From an uncultured virus (IMG/VR IMGVR_UViG_3300002460_000023) (Duplodnaviria; Heunggongvirae; Uroviricota; Caudoviricetes), in the IMG/VR virus record IMGVR_UViG_3300002460_000023, positions 1 through 64,000 of that record: DNA of 64,000 nt; one strand, given 5' to 3'. Each line of letters opens with the position of its first letter. Position 1 is the first letter of the stretch. Both the position numbers and the translations under genes were made by a program. This document shows, piece after piece, positions 58,474 to 64,000 of the stretch. Below the pieces are notes generated by a model that did no database searches, was not told where the DNA came from, and was given only the letters and a program-made list of their open reading frames with translations.

Positions 58474-59477
58474 TAGAGAACCCTTCCAGCGTAGTCACGG
58501 ATTACCCGAATAATCCGCTTAGGCACGTCCCCAGCCAGATAGTTGATAGTGCCCGGCTGACCGCTGGTACTGCTGATACCAAACCGGTTGGAACCACCCC
58601 CAGTTCCGCTTGTCTGTTCGTACAGGTAGGCAACCCACTCGCAAGCCGCCCACTTAAGGTCATCGGGAACCGTGCCAGAGGGAGTGTTCGTTGTATAAGC
58701 TAGCGCCCCTGTCTTGTTAGCGGCCGAAGTAGCACCCGTGTCAAAGCCAATGAGAGAGGCAAAATTAGCGTGCGCGGCAACCCATCCGGAACCAGCCGTA
58801 TGGAGCATTACCTCAAAGGTAGAGCCCGCGCTCGTAATCGTGAATTTACGGAGACCGGAGTCGTAGGTTACTGTAAACGTATCTGGCGTCAACGCCGCTG
58901 TCAGGGCCACATCAATGGCCGCTGCCAGTTCTTCCGCTGTATAATCCTGGCCAAAGTCAGGCGGGGGGATTGTTGCATTGACCCAAGAAGGTGTCACGGC
59001 AGTACGGTTAACACGCAACAGGTCGTTGAAGCCGGCTTGCACCTTGTAGAGGGCATAACCACCGACGTAGACACACTTGATATTCTGCTTGGAAGGGTAG
59101 AACATACCCCCACCGATGCGCTGCCCACCACCAAGCAGCTTGACCCAACCGTAAGGCGTGATGACATAGGTGTCTGTAGCGAGGGCTGTCGAGTAGTCTA
59201 GGCCCGGATCATCATACAGGTTTGTCACTGACACAACAGGCTTACCCTTCAACGGGATGCTGTAACGCCACGTCTCCCCGTCGAAGAATTCGGTGTGTTC
59301 CCCACGGATAAACGACCGGCCGGTTATTCTCTCAACCTCGCCAGTCACGATGTTAATGAGCTGCGTAATGGTCGTATCCTTGTCCTCGTCAGCATCGGCA
59401 ACCGTAAACCCGCGATGCCTAGAGACTTCGGCGAGGCTACAAAGAGCCCGTGGACTGATTGCGATTGAACTTGCCAT
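58473..59477 (-). CDS. Head-tail adaptor (gp6-like) with inserted domain
   Basis: LCSLAEV...VERITGRSF...PVVSV...YVGGY and VPDDLKWAACEWVAYLY. Confidence 0.8.
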   Translation of the reverse strand: MASSIAISPRALCSLAEVSRHRGFTVADADEDKDTTITQLINIVTGEVERITGRSFIRGEHTEFFDGETWRYSIPLKGKPVVSVTNLYDDPGLDYSTALATDTYVITPYGWVKLLGGGQRIGGGMFYPSKQNIKCVYVGGYALYKVQAGFNDLLRVNRTAVTPSWVNATIPPPDFGQDYTAEELAAAIDVALTAALTPDTFTVTYDSGLRKFTITSAGSTFEVMLHTAGSGWVAAHANFASLIGFDTGATSAANKTGALAYTTNTPSGTVPDDLKWAACEWVAYLYEQTSGTGGGSNRFGISSTSGQPGTINYLAGDVPKRIIRVIRDYAGRVL

Positions 59478-59507
59478 TGCCTACCCGACAACCCCCATGC
59501 TCTGCTT

Positions 59508-60002
59508 CTACTGAGACGCAGCCACCGCTTTGGCAGCCAGCTTTGCCATGATGAAGTCCACCAGCATTTCCTTACCCCCGGCCGCCGCAGTACCGCGGGG
59601 AACCATTTCACCTTCTCCGGCTTCCTGTGCGGCCATTTTTCTGAGAACGTTCAAGCTCTTCACCAACAGGTCCTCACGGGTAACCCCTCCTGGCAGGTCC
59701 CCGGCGTCAACGACGGACAGTGCTTCGCCGTTTGTTCCGCCGCCTGCGTCCTGACCCACGGTTTCCACACGCGCCGCCTTGTTGCCAATCCAGAAGTTCT
59801 TCGGAAACTTCTGCATGAGGACCCGTGTCTGCTGGGGTGTCAACATCTGGCGGCGAGTAGCTGTGTCGAAGAAAATCCCGGATACCCCACCGTTGTAAGC
59901 ATCCCGGCCGTAGCCCGGCTGGAAGTTCACGGGAACCATACCATCAGGGTCCAGATACATCTGAATCAGCTCTTCCACCGCTTCTACGCTCAGATCAGAC
60001 AT
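59508..60002 (-). CDS. Hypothetical protein with Rho-N/HeH-like C-terminus
   Basis: DLLVKSLNVLRKMA...GGKEMLVDFIM. Confidence 0.55.
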   Translation of the reverse strand: MSDLSVEAVEELIQMYLDPDGMVPVNFQPGYGRDAYNGGVSGIFFDTATRRQMLTPQQTRVLMQKFPKNFWIGNKAARVETVGQDAGGGTNGEALSVVDAGDLPGGVTREDLLVKSLNVLRKMAAQEAGEGEMVPRGTAAAGGKEMLVDFIMAKLAAKAVAASQ

Positions 60003-61026
60003 TAACCTCTACCTCCTGATTGGTTTCCTTGTCCTCACGCTTCTCTACGGGTTCTGGCTCCTTGACCCCCAAAGCCGACAGCATGGCGTGTCGAGCTTGG
60101 GCATAGCTAAACGTGCTGTGAACCGCCCTGTAAGCAAACTCGGAAACTTCCTTGTAGAAGGCGGTGTCCATCGCCAGTTGAATTAGAGCTGAAAACTTGC
60201 CTTCAGTGTCTTCCCGGTCGAAGCAAATCCGCGGGAAAAGCCGCCGCATCGCATAGCTGCTCGCGTTGCCTACACAGGGCACGCCAAGAGCAGCACACTC
60301 GCCGACGACACGCCCAAAGATGGAACACGTGTGCGTGTCAAAGACAACCCAGCTCTTGGCAAGGCGGCGAATCCAGGCCGCGTAGTTTTCCTGGCTCAAA
60401 AACCAGTCAAACATGTTGGGCAGGCGGTTTGTCAGTTCTTGGGGTGGCGCCACCATTGCCAGAGACACTCCGTTGCCAACGTGTTTGCCAAAGCCCTCGC
60501 TCAGCCGCTTCTGCACGGCACTCGTTAGAAGCCACGCCTCCGAAATCTGCATATCGTAGCGATGCACTACGGAATGAATGTTACGCGGGCGCTCGTTATA
60601 GCGCACGGCAAATGAAGAAACCGTAGTGCTTATCGGATGGGGAATAACGTGGACGGGCCTGTGCAGTGCTGTTTCCAGCAAGTGAGCCCCACGCGGCTCA
60701 ACGTGGAAGATCACGTTGGCCTTATCCAGCTCTCTAAGCCATAAGCGAGCTTGGTCGAAGTGCCTGGACCACGAATCTACCGCGTAGTCGCAGTTTACTA
60801 CAAGCTGGCAAGAAGTGCCACGGCAAGCCTCGGATAGCTCGCCAAGAAGCCCAAGGCTTGCCGTGGTCAGGTTCAGATGAACAGCATCGAAGTTTGCCGG
60901 TACCTGCTTTGGCGGCATCGAGCCTACCTGACCCCGCATGGCGCTAGGCCAGTGAAACAGACCCGATAGAAGCAGTCCCTCATCAAGGGCAGGCTCGGGC
61001 TGGTAGCTGTAGAGCAAGTAGCGCAT
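59995..61026 (-). CDS. GT-B glycosyltransferase
   Basis: VIPHPI; SIFGRVVGECAALGVPCVG; C-terminal FYKEVSEFAY. Confidence 0.75.
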   Translation of the reverse strand: MRYLLYSYQPEPALDEGLLLSGLFHWPSAMRGQVGSMPPKQVPANFDAVHLNLTTASLGLLGELSEACRGTSCQLVVNCDYAVDSWSRHFDQARLWLRELDKANVIFHVEPRGAHLLETALHRPVHVIPHPISTTVSSFAVRYNERPRNIHSVVHRYDMQISEAWLLTSAVQKRLSEGFGKHVGNGVSLAMVAPPQELTNRLPNMFDWFLSQENYAAWIRRLAKSWVVFDTHTCSIFGRVVGECAALGVPCVGNASSYAMRRLFPRICFDREDTEGKFSALIQLAMDTAFYKEVSEFAYRAVHSTFSYAQARHAMLSALGVKEPEPVEKREDKETNQEVEVNV

Positions 61027-61043
61027 TGAATAGACCCCCGTGT

Positions 61044-61090
61044 TCAGTTAGTTAGCGGTAGCTTTACTTTCGCCACCGCTAACTAACTGA
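61044..61090 (-). terminator. Long intergenic hairpin
   Basis: 16-bp perfect inverted repeat tcagttagttagcggt/accgctaactaactga. Confidence 0.65.
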
Positions 61091-61099
61091 TACGCGCTA

Positions 61100-62194
61100 T
61101 CAGCTCACCAAGCGGGCGCCGTCCTGGATGCGGAAGCCCCACTTGACCAGCACGACCTGATTCTCCGTGTAGGTCGTCCCACCGGGCATGAAGGCGATGA
61201 TGCGGAGGTCCTGCGTTGTGGAACCCGCATCGTTCGTCAGCTTGTGCCCAGTGAACCAAATGAGGGCCTTGTCTTCAATGACCGTGGACCCCAGCGGGAA
61301 GTAGCTGTAGCCGTCCACCTGGACCCACGCCACGTCGTAGTCGGCCCCGCCAGTACCCCCGATGGCCACGGGGCCAAGGTGGTTGGAACCCGCCGCTGAA
61401 GCTGCGGCGACAGTGCCACCCGGCTGTGCCAACGCCGCGATGTTTCCACGGCTCAACGTTGAGCCACTGGTGATGACGAACGGCTGGCAGCGTCCGTAGA
61501 CCGGGCCATAGCCGTTGCCGAACTTGTAGCGCACGATCTCATCGACGGACATGTCCTCACCAGCAGCCACGTCGGCGTCCACTTCCAGGCGGATGGCTTC
61601 CACCTTGTTGCGCGCGAAGCTGGTGATGGCCACTTCCAGCCGCTGCCAGTTGGTACCGGCGAGCATGGCGGGCACGTTAACAGCCGTCTGCCACACACCG
61701 TCGTTCTTGATGTTCAGCTTCAGATCGCCCGCGGTACCGAAGTCAGCCGTGGTGTCCGACTTGGCCCACCACCCCAGGAAGTCGGTGTCTTCCCAGTTGG
61801 CTGACCCAACTTCCTGAGCCAACCCGGTACCGGCACCCGTCGGAATGGCGGCCCCACCGTCGATGTCGTTCGTTGAGACGTACACCGTCCCCTCATCGGC
61901 GGCCAGGATCTGGGCCGTGGCCGTGATCTTGAATCCAGCGCCAACGACCGCCGTGGCAACCGTGGCCACGTCCAGCGTACCGCTTGTCGTTTCATCCCAC
62001 GTTGCGACCGCCCCGGCGTGCACCAGACGAATAAAGTTGATACCGTTGGCGAGCCGGTGCTCATCCAGAAAGTCCAGCAGCCCTTCAGCGCGGTCGTTGT
62101 CGTTGTCGCTGACCTTGAAAGCATTCCGCAGGCTGCCGACGTGCGACCGAACACGCGCCAACTGGTTGGAAACCCCTGCTTGGCCGTAGCCCAT
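61100..62194 (-). CDS. Putative capsid decoration/fibre protein with carbohydrate-binding-like domain
   Basis: Near MCP; LGWWAKSD...NWQRLEV...SVDEI jelly-roll-like region; C-terminal VAWVQVDG beta-tulip-like region. Confidence 0.6.
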   Translation of the reverse strand: MGYGQAGVSNQLARVRSHVGSLRNAFKVSDNDNDRAEGLLDFLDEHRLANGINFIRLVHAGAVATWDETTSGTLDVATVATAVVGAGFKITATAQILAADEGTVYVSTNDIDGGAAIPTGAGTGLAQEVGSANWEDTDFLGWWAKSDTTADFGTAGDLKLNIKNDGVWQTAVNVPAMLAGTNWQRLEVAITSFARNKVEAIRLEVDADVAAGEDMSVDEIVRYKFGNGYGPVYGRCQPFVITSGSTLSRGNIAALAQPGGTVAAASAAGSNHLGPVAIGGTGGADYDVAWVQVDGYSYFPLGSTVIEDKALIWFTGHKLTNDAGSTTQDLRIIAFMPGGTTYTENQVVLVKWGFRIQDGARLVS

Positions 62195-62302
62195 TGTTAC
62201 TTTCCCCTTTCGCGCCTAAATCTCTCTTACGAGAGCCGTGGGCGCATTTTGGAGGGTCTAACCTGTTTGCCGGGGCAAGCCCGCCCGGCTTCGGGTTTCC
62301 GC

Positions 62303-62506
62303 TTACGCGACGGTAAACGTGTCTGTAGAAGGTGTGTAAGTGCCCGTTGTTGCTGCGGGGTTATCCGGTGGTAACCCGCTGACCAGCGTGAAGTCAATCG
62401 TGCCATCTGTGTTGATGGTGTAAGTGTCGATGTTGTCCGGGTGCGTGTCCAGACGCTTTGCCAAAAACCACTGAGGACGCTTCTGCAAGGCGGCGATGGC
62501 GGACAT
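62303..62506 (-). CDS. Small protein, paralog 2
   Basis: DNIDTYT...TIDFTL...ATTGTYTP. Confidence 0.7.
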   Translation of the reverse strand: MSAIAALQKRPQWFLAKRLDTHPDNIDTYTINTDGTIDFTLVSGLPPDNPAATTGTYTPSTDTFTVA

Positions 62507-62515
62507 TTCGACCTC

Positions 62516-62728
62516 TTACGGTGCTACCAACGTGTGAGTCTGCTTGTGGGGGTTGTAGGTTCCCACTGTAGCCGTGCCGCCATCCAGAGCCCCTGTCAGC
62601 GTGAAGTCGATCGTATGCCCAGAAGGGTCGGCCGGCAACGTGATGGTAGCGATGTTATCAACCGGAGTGTTGATCGTCCCCGCGATGATGCGCTTCCACC
62701 GGCGTTCATTGTGGCTGATTGTTGGCAT
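62516..62728 (-). CDS. Small protein, paralog 1
   Basis: DNIATIT...TIDFTL...ATVGTYNP; SD GGGAGG. Confidence 0.7.
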   Translation of the reverse strand: MPTISHNERRWKRIIAGTINTPVDNIATITLPADPSGHTIDFTLTGALDGGTATVGTYNPHKQTHTLVAP

Positions 62729-63458
62729 TGCTGCCTCCCTGTTTCTTCTTCGTTGACCAGAAAACCTTGCTCCTAGCTTCTGAGACGCTTTTGCTGATCC
62801 GTGCCTTATGCTCCTCTGTCAGAGGCTTACCACCAAAATGGATCCGTGCATGGCAACGACGGCATACGAGCTTTAGCTTGCTTATTTCGTTTTTGTTGAT
62901 GTCACCATCAAGGTGATGAACCTCAAGCCTGCTTTCGCTGCCATCGTGCCCGCACAATTCGCAGCAGCCGCCAGACCGCTCCCAGACGTCTTTCCGAATG
63001 TAGTGAAATTCCCGAGGATAGTACTTGTGGGACGGGTACCTCTCGGGTGTGACACCGCCTTTCCAGTTGGGATTGCCTTCAGCCACGATGCTAACCCTAG
63101 GCCCGCGCATGCTGGCGATGTGCTCTTTCGTCTTCGCTCTACCATACAGCGGGTGGTCGGGGCCTTGCCGGCTCCTCATGGGGTCTTGCCGCATCTTAGC
63201 ACGGGCTTCTTCGCTATGCTTCTTACCCGCGAAGGGGTTACCCGTACCAGTACAGCCTTTCTTACGACAGGCTGCTGAACAGAAGCGATAACCCTCAGAC
63301 TTGATCCGGACCGCTGGGTAAACCCCAGGAAACCCCGCGCCACACACTTCACAGCAGATACGCAGCCTACCATACTTCCTGAAGTGCATTTCCAACAGTG
63401 GCTTCCAGTTGGGATTCTTAGTGCCAGCAACCTTTCGTGCAAACGCGCTATTACCCAT
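62706..63458 (-). CDS. NUMOD3/HNH homing endonuclease
   Basis: NPFAGKKHSEEARAKM, NPNWKGG, LEVHHLDGDINKNEISKLKLVCRRCH, TEEHKARIS. Confidence 0.9.
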   Translation of the reverse strand: MGNSAFARKVAGTKNPNWKPLLEMHFRKYGRLRICCEVCGAGFPGVYPAVRIKSEGYRFCSAACRKKGCTGTGNPFAGKKHSEEARAKMRQDPMRSRQGPDHPLYGRAKTKEHIASMRGPRVSIVAEGNPNWKGGVTPERYPSHKYYPREFHYIRKDVWERSGGCCELCGHDGSESRLEVHHLDGDINKNEISKLKLVCRRCHARIHFGGKPLTEEHKARISKSVSEARSKVFWSTKKKQGGSNANNQPQ

Positions 63459-63493
63459 TGCGTAGTCTCCTCTGGTAGAGACCTGGAAGGTTA

Positions 63494-63553
63494 CTGTGAA
63501 GGGCAGGCACTCCAGAAAGTGCTTTTCGGTAGCGAACCTAGCCCTTCACAGAC
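63494..63553 (-). ncRNA. Three-way-junction RNA motif, copy A
   Basis: CTGTGAAGGGC-TA-GG(ttcgcta)CC-GAAAA-GCACTT(tctg)GAGTGC-CT-GCCCTTCACAG. Confidence 0.7.
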
Positions 63554-63575
63554 AGCTACCACTAGGTAGCGCCTA

Positions 63576-64000
63576 TCACGATGCGAAGTCGAAGAGGTAT
63601 CCGCAGGGAAGGTCTGCGGTCGGCCGGACACCCTTGAAGTCGCGACGGAGCGTCGCGATCATGATGTTCCGCTGCTGCGACGGTCGGTTCTCCATTTCCA
63701 CGGTCACGGCACGCTTCTCACCGAAGACGAAGCTGGGCCGGTGCACGAGCAGGCTCTGCGTCTTCGTCAGGGTTGTGCCGTCGTAGATGCCCGTAGCGTT
63801 GAGATCTGACCGCACGAACTCACTGACCACGATGTTCGACCCGTCGAACGATCCCATCGTGCCGCTGAAGATGGTCGCCCGAGACCCGAAAACGTCCTGC
63901 GTGATGACCTCGGCCAAGCTGAGCATCCGCAGGTACCCAGCCATGGAAACGATCCAGACCAAGTCCTCCGGCCGCATCCCGTAGCGACCCATCGCCTTGC
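63576..64000 (-). CDS. Major capsid protein (HK97 fold), C-terminal part; runs off the window
   Basis: MGRYG..PEDLVWIVS...YLRML...GTMGSFDGSNIVVSE...ATLRRDF. Confidence 0.85.
   Translation of the reverse strand, partial: KAMGRYGMRPEDLVWIVSMAGYLRMLSLAEVITQDVFGSRATIFSGTMGSFDGSNIVVSEFVRSDLNATGIYDGTTLTKTQSLLVHRPSFVFGEKRAVTVEMENRPSQQRNIMIATLRRDFKGVRPTADLPCGYLFDFAS

Noticed and set aside
62706..63575. Group I intron housing the HNH genes
   Set aside because: MCP and radical SAM frames appear uninterrupted and no P7 core was recognised; the endonucleases look free-standing
1..64000. Numerous plus-strand ORFs (e.g. 10777..11829, 22288..23037, 44090..45136, 49103..50047)
   Set aside because: Antisense shadows of well-supported minus-strand genes with biased codon usage; no recognisable motifs
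1..64000. Stop-codon reassignment (TAG recoding), prompted by the HNH core after a TAG
   Set aside because: Long genes are intact under code 11 and TAG stops abut the next starts (e.g. TAGATG at 17399-17404)

Overview
This window is a ~64 kb piece of a large tailed dsDNA phage genome, probably a siphovirus (long tape measure, tail tube, no sheath seen). Essentially all real genes lie on the minus strand. Reading from 64000 towards 1, the modules are: (1) C-terminus of the major capsid protein, a NUMOD3/HNH homing endonuclease, decoration and head-tail proteins, two glycosyltransferases, tail tube, tail assembly chaperone with a -1 slippery site, tape measure, tail tip and a signal-peptide-bearing fibre-like protein; (2) a membrane-protein-rich lysis cassette containing a lone CheY-like receiver domain; (3) SF2 helicase, HNH and a MoxR/RavA-VWA cluster; (4) a replication/recombination module with DnaC-like loader, DnaB, sigma-like fusion, H1-like protein, UDG-PolA, UvsY-like, SSB, RuvC, RecA and a fused Mre11-Rad50; (5) a nucleotide/DNA-modification-like cluster (Nudix, DPPY methylase, ParB-N, radical SAM, two class I methyltransferases, P-loop nucleotide kinase) and a TerS-like HTH gene. 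The strongest leads are: a three-way-junction RNA motif present in two covarying copies after the capsid and tail-tube genes; a ~450-nt structured non-coding region with tRNA T-arm-like hairpins; and a set of DNA-transaction proteins (SSB, sigma-like, ParB-like, H1-like) sharing Lys/Ala tails, two of which also carry acidic SH3-like repeats, possibly a phage chromatin/condensate toolkit. All product calls come from motif recognition by eye; no searches were run.
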